Below, one piece after another: positions 9,796 through 19,994 of a DNA stretch of 64,000 bases (its first letter is position 1; every line of letters starts with the position of its first letter). This DNA comes from Lentisphaerota bacterium (GTDB lineage: Bacteria > Verrucomicrobiota > Lentisphaeria > Victivallales > Victivallaceae): assembly GCA_015061685.1 (NCBI GenBank), contig SUWD01000011.1, forward strand, positions 4,980-68,979, given 5' to 3'. The translations under genes and the position numbers were made by a program. The notes beneath the pieces are model-generated. The model did no database searches, was not told where the DNA came from, and was given only the letters and a program-made list of their open reading frames with translations.

Positions 9796-11124
9796 ATGCC
9801 GCAAATGAATTGGAAAAATTTGCTTTCACCGCACCGGATCGGAACAGATGCACCGGGCAAGATCACCCCGGAAAGATCCCCTTTTCAACGGGATTTCGAC
9901 CGGATCGTTTTCAGCGGCAGTTTCCGGCGTTTGCAGGATAAAACGCAGGTATTCCCCCTTTCAGGAACCACCGACTGTCACACCCGGCTTACTCACAGTA
10001 TGGAGACCGGCAGTATCGCCCGCAGTCTGGGGACAGCCGCCGGGGTGTCCATCTGCCGCGATGCCGACACCGGAGGAGCCCATCCCAGTGATATCGGTGC
10101 TGCGGTTGCCGCAGCTGCTCTGGCTCACGACATCGGCAATCCTCCCATGGGCCACGCCGGAGAGGAAGCTATCCGCTATTGGTTTGAGAACTCCTCTGTC
10201 GGACAGGATATTGCAGCTTACATGAGCGACGCCGAGCGTGCTGATATAAGCAAATATGACGGCAATGCCCAGGGGTTCCGGGTGTTGACCCGTCTGGAGA
10301 TGCCTGACCGTCCCGGCGGGATGCAGTTGACCTGTGCCACACTGGGAACTTTTGCAAAATATCCGGGTTCTGCAAAAAGTGATTTGAAAAAGTGCGGATT
10401 TTTTCAGCAGGAAAAAGAGTTCTTCGCTGAAACTGCCGCGTCCTGCGGTATGATCCCGGATAAAAACGGGGAAAGCTGGAAACGGCATCCGTTGAGTTTT
10501 CTTCTGGAAGCCGCCGATGATATCGCCTATCTGACTGTTGACTTTGAGGATGCCCTGCGGCAGAATCTTATCGAATACTCCGAATTGGAATCGTATTTTC
10601 TTGATATCATTGATACGGAATCATCCCGTTCATACGTCAAGACATTGACCTCTTCCCGGAGGAAAGCAGAGTATCTCCGGGCACAGGCGATCGGTGTACT
10701 TGTCCGTTCTGCCGCCGATGAATTCATCAAAAATCATGAAGAACTGCTCAACGGCACCTGGAATACCCCGTTGACCGAAACGATCCCCCAGAAAGAGATC
10801 CTCAAAAAAATCCGTTCCCGCAGTGCCGAAAGCATATACAACCACCCGTCTGTTGCCGAAGTGGTCGGAGCCGGTTTTGAGCTGGTTATGGGTATGCTTG
10901 ATATATTCGTCCCCTGTGTCAATGAGACCGACCGGGAAAAATGCGGGGGCAAGGCCGCTTCAACCCGCAGCCGCAGGATTTCAGCCATGCTGCCGGAGAT
11001 CCTCCGCAACCCGGTACCGTCAAGTGCATATTACCGTCTGCTCGGTATTCTGGACTATATTTCCGGCATGACCGACCGTAACGCTGTTGCTTTATACCAG
11101 AAACTGAAAGGAATTTCACTGTGA
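9796..11124 (+). CDS. dgt: dGTPase-like HD-domain deoxynucleoside triphosphate triphosphohydrolase
   Basis: Motifs SPFQRDFDRIVFSGSFRRLQDKTQVFP, TRLTHSMETGSIARSLG and AHDIGNPPMGHAGE are characteristic of the Dgt/dGTPase family. The ATG at 9796 is the first Met before the conserved core. Confidence 0.85.
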   Translation: MPQMNWKNLLSPHRIGTDAPGKITPERSPFQRDFDRIVFSGSFRRLQDKTQVFPLSGTTDCHTRLTHSMETGSIARSLGTAAGVSICRDADTGGAHPSDIGAAVAAAALAHDIGNPPMGHAGEEAIRYWFENSSVGQDIAAYMSDAERADISKYDGNAQGFRVLTRLEMPDRPGGMQLTCATLGTFAKYPGSAKSDLKKCGFFQQEKEFFAETAASCGMIPDKNGESWKRHPLSFLLEAADDIAYLTVDFEDALRQNLIEYSELESYFLDIIDTESSRSYVKTLTSSRRKAEYLRAQAIGVLVRSAADEFIKNHEELLNGTWNTPLTETIPQKEILKKIRSRSAESIYNHPSVAEVVGAGFELVMGMLDIFVPCVNETDREKCGGKAASTRSRRISAMLPEILRNPVPSSAYYRLLGILDYISGMTDRNAVALYQKLKGISL

Positions 11125-12170
11125 GTATCCCCGTTAATGAATTCGCCGGTAAAACCATTGCCGGATGCGAACTGATCAAAGAACTCGGACGCGGAAGCAA
11201 TGGTATCGTTTACCTTGCCAATCAGAAAAAACTCAATCGTCCGGTGGCATGTAAAATCATGTTTCAGGATCTGCAGGATGATGATCCGGATTATCTGGAC
11301 AACATTCTGAGCGAAGCAAGAAATGCCGCAAAACTCTCGCATCCGAATATTATTCAGGCTCTTGACGCCGGAAATGAGGATGGAATAAAATACTTCATCA
11401 TGGAATATGTCGAAGGCAGTTCTCTGGAATACATCCGGACAAATACTCCGGAAATCATCTCCACCAAGTTCCTTGTCCGGATGGCGATCCAGCTTGCCAA
11501 TGCTCTGGATTACGCCTGGCAGGAACATCACATGATCCACGGTGATATCAAACCGGGAAATATTCTCATCGCCAGTAAAGAACAGAATCTAAAACTCGGT
11601 GACCTCGGTTTGGCACGTTCCGGCAGCTCCGTTGAAGAAGATGAAGAAGTTATGATAACTCCGCTCTATGCGGCTCCGGAAATCATCACCATGCAGAATA
11701 AAACTCCGGATCCCAAAAGCGATATTTACAGTTTCGGTGTGATGCTCTATGAGCTTGCCTGCGGCGTTGCTCCTTTCACCGGTTCTGCTGAAGAGTTGCT
11801 CGTACATCACCTCAATACCATCCCGCAGGCTCTGGCGGTCATGAATCCGGATATTGATCCTGATTTTGCAAAACTGGTAGATTCCATGCTTGCCAAAGAC
11901 CCGGGGCAGCGACCGGCTGACTGGAAAAAAGTCCGGGCGGCTTTGCAGGATATCTATTCCCGGCTTTTTCCGCAGACACCGGCGGCAAACAACATTGTTT
12001 CCACGGTTGTCAACGCAGAAAAAACGCAGGCAAAGAATACGTCATGGGGGATAGATACCCGGAAAAAGAATAAAACTCTGGAAAAAATGCCGTGGCTGAT
12101 ACCTGCCATTCTGATTTTGATAATTTTGGGAGCCCTTGCTTCCATAGCAATAAATTCAGGATTGATATAA
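11121..12170 (+). CDS. Ser/Thr protein kinase with C-terminal transmembrane anchor
   Basis: Hanks kinase motifs GRGSNGIVY, VACK, HGDIKPGNIL, DLGLA and APE, with a hydrophobic C-terminal helix. The GTG start overlaps the dGTPase stop (GTGA). Confidence 0.85.
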   Translation: MSIPVNEFAGKTIAGCELIKELGRGSNGIVYLANQKKLNRPVACKIMFQDLQDDDPDYLDNILSEARNAAKLSHPNIIQALDAGNEDGIKYFIMEYVEGSSLEYIRTNTPEIISTKFLVRMAIQLANALDYAWQEHHMIHGDIKPGNILIASKEQNLKLGDLGLARSGSSVEEDEEVMITPLYAAPEIITMQNKTPDPKSDIYSFGVMLYELACGVAPFTGSAEELLVHHLNTIPQALAVMNPDIDPDFAKLVDSMLAKDPGQRPADWKKVRAALQDIYSRLFPQTPAANNIVSTVVNAEKTQAKNTSWGIDTRKKNKTLEKMPWLIPAILILIILGALASIAINSGLI

Positions 12171-13016
12171 ATGAAGATCATTACCTTTGAAAAAATCAAA
12201 GATGCCGTATGTGAAATGTGCGGCAAAGCTGCCTGCGATCTGCCGCAGGATGTACTTGAGGCAATCAAAAATGCCGGTGAAAAAGAGACCTCTGCTTTGG
12301 GGAAAGACTTCTTTGAGCAGTATCTGAAAAATTCCGACATCGCCCGTACTGAAAGACTTCCTCTCTGTCAGGATACCGGATTTGCGGTATTTTTCATCCG
12401 TGCCGGTGTGGAAACGGCCATTGACCGCGGAACGGTCAGTGAAGCGGTCAATGCCGGAGTTAGAGAAGGTTATAAGAAATTCTTCCTCCGCAAATCAATC
12501 GTTGCCGATCCGCTTTTTGACCGCAAAAATACCTTTGACAATACTCCGGCGATAATCCATCTGGAACAAGTTCCCGGCGATCAGCTTCACATTATCCTCG
12601 CCCCCAAAGGCGGCGGTTCGGAGAATATGAGTGCTTTGAAAATGCTCAAACCCGCAGAAGGCAGAGCCGGTGTCGTTGATTTTGTTGTCAATGCCGTAGT
12701 TAATGCCGGAGGCAATCCATGCCCGCCGACCATTGTCGGTGTCGGTATCGGCGGAACAATGGAATATGCCGCATATATGGCAAAAAAAGCGTTGCTCCGT
12801 CCGGTGGGGAAAAATTCCGATGATCCCAGATATGCTGAATTGGAAGCTGAAATTCTGGAAAAGATCAATGCTTCCGGTGTCGGTCCGCAGGGACTTGGCG
12901 GAGATACCACCGCCCTTGCTGTCAATATCGAATTCCATCCCTGCCACCTTGCCAGTTTGCCGGTGGCGGTAAATCTCAACTGTCATGCCGCCCGTCACGC
13001 CGAGGTGATCTTATGA
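12171..13016 (+). CDS. Fe-S type fumarate/tartrate hydro-lyase, alpha subunit
   Basis: 281 aa with LCQDTGFAVFF and other class I fumarase N-terminal domain motifs. The ATG directly abuts the kinase stop. Confidence 0.85.
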   Translation: MKIITFEKIKDAVCEMCGKAACDLPQDVLEAIKNAGEKETSALGKDFFEQYLKNSDIARTERLPLCQDTGFAVFFIRAGVETAIDRGTVSEAVNAGVREGYKKFFLRKSIVADPLFDRKNTFDNTPAIIHLEQVPGDQLHIILAPKGGGSENMSALKMLKPAEGRAGVVDFVVNAVVNAGGNPCPPTIVGVGIGGTMEYAAYMAKKALLRPVGKNSDDPRYAELEAEILEKINASGVGPQGLGGDTTALAVNIEFHPCHLASLPVAVNLNCHAARHAEVIL

Positions 13017-13537
13017 AAAAAATCCTTCATACCCCGTTTACCCAAGCCGATATCATGGATTTGCACGCCGGAGATACGGTTCTGCTTTCCGGAATCGTTT
13101 ACACCGGACGGGATGCCGCTCACAAGCGGCTCTGTGCCTTGCTGGATAAAAATGAAGCTCTCCCGGTCGATCTCAATGGTCAGGCAATTTACTTCGTCGG
13201 CCCTTGTCCTGCTCCTCCGGGACGTCCCATCGGTTCGGCAGGTCCCACTACCAGCGGCCGGATGGATGCTTATTCGCCCCGGATCATTGCTGAATGCGGT
13301 CTGCGTGCCATGATCGGCAAAGGAAACCGGGCAGATTCTGTGAAAGATGCCATGCAGCAGTACGGCTGTGTATATTTTGCCGCCACCGGAGGTGCCGGAG
13401 CTTTGATTGCCAATTCCATTGTCAAAGCGGAAGTGATTGCCTTTGACGATCTCGGTCCGGAAGCGATTTACAAACTGGAGCTGGATTCTCTGCCGCTGGT
13501 CGTGGCGATTGATGCTCACGGAAAATCGCTTTATTGA
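13013..13537 (+). CDS. Fe-S type fumarate/tartrate hydro-lyase, beta subunit
   Basis: 174 aa with GxVYTGRDAAHKR and GPTTSGRMD motifs. It overlaps the alpha-subunit gene by 4 bp. Confidence 0.85.
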   Translation: MKKILHTPFTQADIMDLHAGDTVLLSGIVYTGRDAAHKRLCALLDKNEALPVDLNGQAIYFVGPCPAPPGRPIGSAGPTTSGRMDAYSPRIIAECGLRAMIGKGNRADSVKDAMQQYGCVYFAATGGAGALIANSIVKAEVIAFDDLGPEAIYKLELDSLPLVVAIDAHGKSLY

Positions 13538-14007
13538 TTTCCGGCTTTTTCAGGCAGCTGCATAAGTAATTCCCGGACACTCACACCGTCCGGGAATTTC
13601 ATTTCAGGAGCGATCTCTGCCATGGGTTCCAATACAAATGCCCGCAAATGGGCCCGGGGATGCGGCACAGTCAGACTGTCGGTAGATATTTTTTCGTTGC
13701 CGAAAAGGATTATATCACAATCCAGTATCCGGGATTCCCGGCTGCTGTGCTGTTTGGGTCTGCCGGCTTCAAGTTCGATTCTCTGACAAAGTTCAAGCAG
13801 GGCTTCCGGAGTACCGTCCCACGATCCGGTAAATGCCATATCCAGAAAATCCGGAGTTCCCGGTACACAATCAACTGCCGCCGAATGAAAAACGGAACTG
13901 CTTTTGATATTACTTACCCCGGATGCTGAAAATTTTTTCAACGCTTCAGCCATTGCGTTTCTGCTTCCCGGCAGATTTCCGCCAAGCATAATTGCTATTT
14001 GCTTCAT
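13531..14007 (-). CDS. folK: 2-amino-4-hydroxy-6-hydroxymethyldihydropteridine diphosphokinase
   Basis: 158 aa. The RILDCDIILFG...LTVPHPRAHLRAFVLEP motif is typical of HPPK. Its 3' end overlaps the convergent fumarase beta gene by 7 bp. Confidence 0.85.
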   Translation of the reverse strand: MKQIAIMLGGNLPGSRNAMAEALKKFSASGVSNIKSSSVFHSAAVDCVPGTPDFLDMAFTGSWDGTPEALLELCQRIELEAGRPKQHSSRESRILDCDIILFGNEKISTDSLTVPHPRAHLRAFVLEPMAEIAPEMKFPDGVSVRELLMQLPEKAGNQ

Positions 14008-14097
14008 AATTTTTTACATTTTCTGGAATTTTCAATATTTTTGTATTATATTATAAGGTATGCTATTAAATATGAATCTTTATAAGGTATTTTTCAA

Positions 14098-15066
14098 GTG
14101 TCAAATCTGTTAAAAGTTGTTTTTCTCGGTTCCGGTCCGATCGCGATACCGATTTTGCGGGCATTGGCGGCTGATCCGCGGATCGAATTGCAGGCTGTTA
14201 TTTCCCAGCTTGACCGTCCCGCCGGACGCAAAAGAGTGATGACTCCGACTCCGCTTACCGCCAGTGCCGAAGAAGCCGGACTTGAAGTTATCCGTGCCGC
14301 CGATGTCAATACTCCGGAATTTACCGGATATCTCGATTCATTGCAGCCGGATATGCTGTGTGTGGTCTCATTCGGGCAGATATTGAAGTCAACCATTCTT
14401 GCCGTACCTAAAGTATGTTGTGTAAATGTTCACGCTTCTTTACTGCCGCGTTACCGGGGAGCTTCCCCTATAACGCAAGCTCTGCTCAACCGGGACAGCG
14501 AAACCGGAGTATGCTTCATGCAAATGGAAAGAGGTTTGGATTCCGGACCGGTTTACCGCACCATACCGGTGAGACTCAAAGGCGTGGAATATGCTGATTC
14601 TCTTGAGATGACCCTCGGCGAAAAAGCTGCTGAATATGCCGCTGAAACTCTCTGTAAAATCGCCGATGGTTCACTTACTGCCCGGCCGCAGGATCCGGCA
14701 CTGGTCACTGTTTGCCGCAAAATTTCCAAGCGTGACGGCATGATCAACTGGCTGGACGATGCCAAAGATATCGAAGCTATGACCCGGGCATTTTTCCCGT
14801 GGCCGGGAGCTGCGGCAAAGTGCCGCAACTCTGCCGGAAAGGAGTTGAATATCTCCATTTGTTCGGCGAAATGCCTTACTGCCAGCCCTTTGCCTCCCGG
14901 TAAGTGTGCTGAAGTCTCCGGTAAACTCGTTGTCGGATGCGGCAAAAACAGTGCATTGGAAATCCATGAATTGATCCCTTCCGGCGGCAAACGTATGACC
15001 GCCGCCGCCTTCCGCAATGGAATGCGTGGCGAACTGCCGGAATTCATCCTTGAAGCGGAAATATAA
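14098..15066 (+). CDS. fmt: methionyl-tRNA formyltransferase
   Basis: VVFLGSGPIAIPIL N-terminus and NVHASLLPRYRGASPI motif. 322 aa. GTG start. Confidence 0.9.
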   Translation: MSNLLKVVFLGSGPIAIPILRALAADPRIELQAVISQLDRPAGRKRVMTPTPLTASAEEAGLEVIRAADVNTPEFTGYLDSLQPDMLCVVSFGQILKSTILAVPKVCCVNVHASLLPRYRGASPITQALLNRDSETGVCFMQMERGLDSGPVYRTIPVRLKGVEYADSLEMTLGEKAAEYAAETLCKIADGSLTARPQDPALVTVCRKISKRDGMINWLDDAKDIEAMTRAFFPWPGAAAKCRNSAGKELNISICSAKCLTASPLPPGKCAEVSGKLVVGCGKNSALEIHELIPSGGKRMTAAAFRNGMRGELPEFILEAEI

Positions 15067-15070
15067 TAAG

Positions 15071-16675
15071 ATGAGCAAAGAAATTATCCTCAACTGCGAA
15101 AAACTTGAACGCCGATTCGCATTGCTCAGCAACGGTAAACTTGAAGAATACAAGATCGAAAGGGATGATGATTCTCCCAAAGCCGGTGATATTTTTCTGG
15201 GCAGGATCATCAATCTTGACACCTCTTTGCAGGCGGCATTTATCGATATCGGAGCAAAAAAGAATGCTTTTCTCCATTTCAAAGAGATGCTTCCCGGAAA
15301 TTCTGAATTGGTAGAGCAGTACCGCTCCGATCTTGCGTCCAAAGAAAATGCCATAAGCACCAAACGGAAAAAACAGCCTTCCACCCCGGAAAATTCTCCG
15401 CTCAATGCCGAAGTTTCACGCCGGAAAAAGAAAATTACCATGGAGGATATCCCCAATATCTTCCATCCCGGCATGGAGATCCTCGTGCAGGTGGCTAAAG
15501 CCCCCATAAGCACCAAAGGAGCCAGAGTTACCACTGATATCACCATCCCCGGCAGATTCCTCGTGCTGATGCCTTACAGTGAACATATCGGATTATCTTC
15601 CCGGATCGAAGGCACTTCCGAAAGAGAGCGGTTGCGTAAAATCCTCGGACAGCTAGAACTCCCCGAAGGAATGGGCATGATTTGCCGCACCAACGGCGAA
15701 GGAAGAAAACATACCTTTTTCAAACGGGATCTGGAACTGCTCCTTGACTACTGGAAAAAAATCGAAAACGGCGTGGAAAGCCGGATCGCTCCCCAGAGAC
15801 TTTTTACCGAACCAAATCTTATCGACCGTACCGCAAGAGATTTCATGACCGATGAGATCGACGGTATCGTTGTCGATGATCCGGATGCCTGGAAGCATAT
15901 CAAAGATCTGCTCAAACGTGTCGGCGGCAGTAAACTTGCTTCCAAAGTCACCCGTTACAAAGGAGCCGCCCCCATTTTTGACTATTACCGGATCGACGAA
16001 CAGCTTACCACTGTTTTCCAGCGGGAGGTCAAACTCCCCGGCGGCGGTGCGATCGTCATTGATGAAACAGAAGCACTCATCGCTATCGACGTAAATACCG
16101 GCCACGGCAGAAAATTGACCGATCAACCGGAATTCATATTGAAAACCAACCTTGAAGCCGCCGAGGAGATCGCCAGACAGCTGCGTCTGCGTAATGTCGG
16201 CGGTCTGGTAGTTTTGGATTTTATTGACATGCAGTCCGCCGGAGACCGGGATGAACTTTACCGTTACATGAAAAAACTGGTCAAAGAAGACCGGGCAAAG
16301 ACCCAGGTTCTTCCGTTGAGCAAGCTCGGACTTATGGAAATGACCCGTCAGAGAGAACATGAAAGTATTCTCGATCAGGTCTATGACCCCTGTCCGTACT
16401 GCCGGGGAAGCGGCATGGTCAAATCCGCTTTGACCATGAGTGCGGAAATCCAACGCGAATTAAGTTCCGTTATGAAAGATAAAAAGTTCCGGGGCGTCGC
16501 ATTGCGGGTATTCATGCACCCCGATATCCTTGCCCGGCTCAAAGATGAAGATGCCCAGCTGCTCAGTGATCTTGAAAAAAAATATAAAAATGAACTCAGT
16601 TTCCGTGCCGACCCGTCACTGCATTATGAGGAATTCCGTCTGGTCGATGCAGAAACCGGCAATGATGTCAGGTGA
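15071..16675 (+). CDS. rng: Rne/Rng family ribonuclease (RNase G-like)
   Basis: S1 domain (GDIFLGRIINLDTSLQAAFIDIG) followed by the catalytic core (AIVIDETEALIAIDVNTG, GGLVVLDFIDM). The ATG at 15071 follows the fmt stop. Confidence 0.85.
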   Translation: MSKEIILNCEKLERRFALLSNGKLEEYKIERDDDSPKAGDIFLGRIINLDTSLQAAFIDIGAKKNAFLHFKEMLPGNSELVEQYRSDLASKENAISTKRKKQPSTPENSPLNAEVSRRKKKITMEDIPNIFHPGMEILVQVAKAPISTKGARVTTDITIPGRFLVLMPYSEHIGLSSRIEGTSERERLRKILGQLELPEGMGMICRTNGEGRKHTFFKRDLELLLDYWKKIENGVESRIAPQRLFTEPNLIDRTARDFMTDEIDGIVVDDPDAWKHIKDLLKRVGGSKLASKVTRYKGAAPIFDYYRIDEQLTTVFQREVKLPGGGAIVIDETEALIAIDVNTGHGRKLTDQPEFILKTNLEAAEEIARQLRLRNVGGLVVLDFIDMQSAGDRDELYRYMKKLVKEDRAKTQVLPLSKLGLMEMTRQREHESILDQVYDPCPYCRGSGMVKSALTMSAEIQRELSSVMKDKKFRGVALRVFMHPDILARLKDEDAQLLSDLEKKYKNELSFRADPSLHYEEFRLVDAETGNDVR

Positions 16676-16678
16676 ATT

Positions 16679-18154
16679 TTGAAATTTGACGAATACCATC
16701 CCTCGGAGATCCCTGCCAAACCCGGAGTGTATATGTTCCGTGACCGGTTCGGCAAGGTGATCTATGTGGGAAAGGCACGGGATCTGCGGCGGAGGCTGGG
16801 AAACTACTTCCAGCCGTCCCGCAAACGCACCGGAGATGCCAAGCTGCGTTCGCTGATAAATTCGATCAGCGAGTGGTCATATACTGTCGTCAAAAGCGAA
16901 GATGAGGCTTTGCTGCTGGAATCTCAACTGATAAAAAGTTACGCTCCGCATTACAATATCCTCATGCGGGATGACAAACGCTATTTGCTGCTCAAGGTCG
17001 ATCTCAATGAGAAATTCCCGACCATCTCCCTTGCCCGATTGAAAAAACCGGATAATGCCCGTTATTACGGACCGTTTCCGCACGGTACCGCCTTGAAAAC
17101 CACCCGGGAATTTCTGCTGTCGCACTTCGGCTTGCGTGGATGCAAAAGCAGTGAACCGGATATGGAGACCAGAAAGCACTGCTTGAAAAAACTGGTAAAA
17201 GACTGCTGTGCCCCCTGTACCGGTAACGTTTCTCCGGAGGAGTACCGGGAAAGATTGAATAATGCTCTGGCTGTCCTCGACGGAGATATTGCCCCCATAA
17301 AAGCTGCCATCCGGGAAAAAATGCTCAATGCTGCCAAAGAGAGCAAGTTTGAGGTCGCCGCCAGATACCGGGATGCGGCGGCTAATATCGAAGCTGTTTT
17401 CGGCAGACACAACCGCACTTTCCAGAATCCTTCGCTTCCCGATCAGCTTATGCCCCCCGGTGAAGCTGGAATATATGCACTTTCGCAAAGGCTCGGTTTG
17501 AAATCCATGCCCCGGAAAATCATCTGCTTTGATATTTCCAACATTCTCGGTACGCTTGCCGTTGCCAGTATGGTAACATTCACCGATGGCAGACCTGACC
17601 GGCAGGCTTACCGGAGATTCAGGATAAAAACCGTTACTCAAAGCAATGACTTTGCCATGATGTATGAAGCAGTTTCCCGGCACTTCGGCAGACTGCTTGC
17701 CGAAAAACGTCCGTTGCCGGATCTGTTGATGGCAGACGGCGGCAAAGGACAATTATCCAGTACCCTTGATGCTTTGATATCCGTAAATTGTCCGCCGCTG
17801 CCGGTGATCGCATTGGCGGAACGCAATGAAGAGATCTACATCCCCGGCCGATCCGATCCGATTGTTCTTGACCGGCACGATCCGGCATTGCGGTTACTGC
17901 AGTCGGTGCGGGATGAAGCTCACCGCTTCGCCATCACCTATCACCGGAAATTGCGGGAGAAGCGCATTCAAACCTCTCTGCTGGATGATATTGCCGGGGT
18001 GGGGGATATCCGCAAACGCCAGTTGCTCCGGGCATTCGGCTCATTGAAAAGCCTTGCCCGTGCCGATGCCGCTGAAATTTCCCTCCGGGTGCCGGGAATC
18101 GGGAGAAATGTCGCTCAAAAAATAGTTGATGTTTTGCAGAATATTGGAAACTGA
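16679..18154 (+). CDS. uvrC: excinuclease ABC subunit C
   Basis: GIY-YIG block PGVYMFRDRFGKVIYVGKARDLRRRLGNYF, UVR motif FEVAARYRDAAANIEAV and C-terminal HhH pair. This is a compact 491-aa form with a TTG start. Confidence 0.85.
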   Translation: MKFDEYHPSEIPAKPGVYMFRDRFGKVIYVGKARDLRRRLGNYFQPSRKRTGDAKLRSLINSISEWSYTVVKSEDEALLLESQLIKSYAPHYNILMRDDKRYLLLKVDLNEKFPTISLARLKKPDNARYYGPFPHGTALKTTREFLLSHFGLRGCKSSEPDMETRKHCLKKLVKDCCAPCTGNVSPEEYRERLNNALAVLDGDIAPIKAAIREKMLNAAKESKFEVAARYRDAAANIEAVFGRHNRTFQNPSLPDQLMPPGEAGIYALSQRLGLKSMPRKIICFDISNILGTLAVASMVTFTDGRPDRQAYRRFRIKTVTQSNDFAMMYEAVSRHFGRLLAEKRPLPDLLMADGGKGQLSSTLDALISVNCPPLPVIALAERNEEIYIPGRSDPIVLDRHDPALRLLQSVRDEAHRFAITYHRKLREKRIQTSLLDDIAGVGDIRKRQLLRAFGSLKSLARADAAEISLRVPGIGRNVAQKIVDVLQNIGN

Positions 18155-18179
18155 CCATGTAAAATGAAAGGTTTTTACT

Positions 18180-18848
18180 ATGATAAAAGTTGCTCAATGC
18201 TGGGATGACGGCGTACTCAACGATGAGAAAGTTGCCGAATTGTGCCGCAAATATGAAGCGAAAGCCACATTCAATCTCAATCCTGCCAACCATGTGGGAA
18301 ATAAGCGTCAGACCTCCGGCTGGACTTACCGGGATACCGGATATTGCCCCGGCCGCCTGGCATGGAATGAACTTACCAGTGTTTATGATGGTTTTGATGT
18401 GGCCTCTCACACCATGTGTCACTGCAATGCCGGTGTCGTGGATGACCGGGTTTTCCTGACCGAAGCTGTCGGAGCGAAAATGCTTCTGGAAGATATGTTC
18501 CAGAAAGCGTGTACCGGCTTTGCCTGGCCCTGCGGCAGATACACGCAAACGACCGCTGATCTGCTTTTGGCGGCGGGCTTCAGCTATGGACGCACGACCG
18601 AATATACTGATCGGGTAAGCAGTTTCAAGCACCCGATGATCCTCCACTCAAGCTGTCACTTTCAGGATCCGGATTTCTGGAAGATCTTTGAAACTGCCAA
18701 AACCACCGATCAGATATTCTATTTCTGGGGACACAGCTACGAGATGATGGACGATCCTGCTCTCTGGGCAGATTACGAGGACAAGCTGCGTAAACTGCAT
18801 GAGGATCCGGAAGTTTGCTGGATACCGACCACTGAATTGGTCAAATAA
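18180..18848 (+). CDS. polysaccharide deacetylase family protein
   Basis: 222 aa. The CWDDG...ATFNL N-terminus and the HTMCH and GHSYE motifs resemble the NodB/deacetylase-like fold. Confidence 0.65.
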   Translation: MIKVAQCWDDGVLNDEKVAELCRKYEAKATFNLNPANHVGNKRQTSGWTYRDTGYCPGRLAWNELTSVYDGFDVASHTMCHCNAGVVDDRVFLTEAVGAKMLLEDMFQKACTGFAWPCGRYTQTTADLLLAAGFSYGRTTEYTDRVSSFKHPMILHSSCHFQDPDFWKIFETAKTTDQIFYFWGHSYEMMDDPALWADYEDKLRKLHEDPEVCWIPTTELVK

Positions 18849-18876
18849 TCAATATTTCACACAATGGAGGGGAAAT

Positions 18877-19881
18877 ATGGCGTACAAATTTGAAGAAATT
18901 TTACAGCAGTTACAAAGGGAATTGCAGGCAGGGAAATATCCTGTCGGTTCCCGTTTCCCCTCGGCAAATGAGTTGGCTCTGCGGTTCAACATCAACCGTA
19001 CCACCGCCAATAAAATTTCTCTTGTTCTGCTGAATAATGGAATTCTCCGCCGGACAGGAAGCACCAGAGCCGGATTGACGGTTGCCGATCCGGCGTCTGC
19101 CGAACCGGTGATAAAAATCGCTCTTATCGGTTCGATAACCCACTCTTTTTTTGCAAAAATCGCCTCCGGATTTTTTGCTGCCGCTGCCAAAAACAATGTT
19201 TTGGTGATGCCTTTCAATCCGGAATTCAAACAGTTGGATTCTCTGTTGCGTAAACTTGAAAACAGCGGTTTCAAAGGCATCGGGACTTACTCTTTCGGCA
19301 AACTTGACACCACTTTGCCGGTGATTTATCTTGAACCGGATGAACTTGATCCGCCATTACCGTCAGTAGCCGGAGACACCCGGCAGGGAGGTCATAAAAT
19401 AATTGAAGCGATCAAAAATGCCGGACACAAAGAAATCGCCTTTTGTTTTGCCGATGTATTTTCTGATCCCCGCTCTGCCAGAATTCAAGGCATGACAGAA
19501 GCAGCATTGCAAGCCGGTTGGCATGATGTGGAAAAACGGATTTTCTGGTATCATCGGGGAGGTAATTCCGCATTGCGGGTACTGCGGGAGATGATTACGG
19601 CATATCCCGGTTTGACAGCGATAGCCACGGACAGTGATGACCGGGTTTTTCAGCTTATCCGGGCAGGAAAACAGCTCGGTGTGCCGATCCCGGAAAAAAT
19701 CACTCCTTTCGGTTTCGGTAATGTTGAGCAGATCCATCATATTTTCCACTTCCCGACCATTGAACAACATCCTTTTGATGTTGGTGTATGCGGCTGCGAA
19801 ACTCTGCTTGAGTTGATCCGTTCCGGGAACAGTGCTTCGGAGAAAAGCATAAAAATTGATGTGGAATTGCTCAACGTCTGA
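18877..19881 (+). CDS. GntR-type winged-HTH regulator fused to a LacI-like sugar-binding domain
   Basis: The N-terminus LPSANELALRFNINRTTANKISLVLLNNGIL is a GntR HTH. The remainder is periplasmic-binding-protein-like. The ATG at 18877 is preceded by GGAGGGG. Confidence 0.8.
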   Translation: MAYKFEEILQQLQRELQAGKYPVGSRFPSANELALRFNINRTTANKISLVLLNNGILRRTGSTRAGLTVADPASAEPVIKIALIGSITHSFFAKIASGFFAAAAKNNVLVMPFNPEFKQLDSLLRKLENSGFKGIGTYSFGKLDTTLPVIYLEPDELDPPLPSVAGDTRQGGHKIIEAIKNAGHKEIAFCFADVFSDPRSARIQGMTEAALQAGWHDVEKRIFWYHRGGNSALRVLREMITAYPGLTAIATDSDDRVFQLIRAGKQLGVPIPEKITPFGFGNVEQIHHIFHFPTIEQHPFDVGVCGCETLLELIRSGNSASEKSIKIDVELLNV

Positions 19882-19894
19882 ATAGTTTTTCTTA

Positions 19895-19911
19895 TATTGT
19901 ATCACACAATA
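19895..19911. promoter_or_regulatory. candidate GntR-type operator, copy 1 (TATTGTATCACACAATA)
   Basis: 17-mer with 6-bp inverted arms TATTGT/ACAATA. It is identical to the 17-mer at 19995-20011. It fits the GT-N-AC core described for GntR-family operators. Confidence 0.55.
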
Positions 19912-19938
19912 AAAAAGATTTTTTCTCTTTCGCTTCTA

Positions 19939-19967
19939 TTGATTTCGATCATAATAGGCTGTATATT
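19939..19967 (+). promoter_or_regulatory. sigma70-like promoter TTGATT-17-TATATT for the pilin-like/glycosidase operon
   Basis: Hexamers at 19939-19944 and 19962-19967 with a 17-nt spacer, positioned between the two identical operators. Confidence 0.45.
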
Positions 19968-19994
19968 AGTGCCTGTTCCGGCAAGCAAACAGCT

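Noticed and set aside
9796-12170. dGTPase plus kinase as an anti-phage defence island
   Set aside because: It is embedded in a housekeeping operon with fumarase, folK, fmt and rng. I see no mobile-element boundaries, no obvious compositional shift, and no other defence genes. I kept it only as a low-interest coupling observation.
16679-18154. Short (491-aa) UvrC as possibly truncated
   Set aside because: The GIY-YIG, UVR, endonuclease and double HhH regions are all recognisable in order. It is a compact full-length form rather than a truncation.
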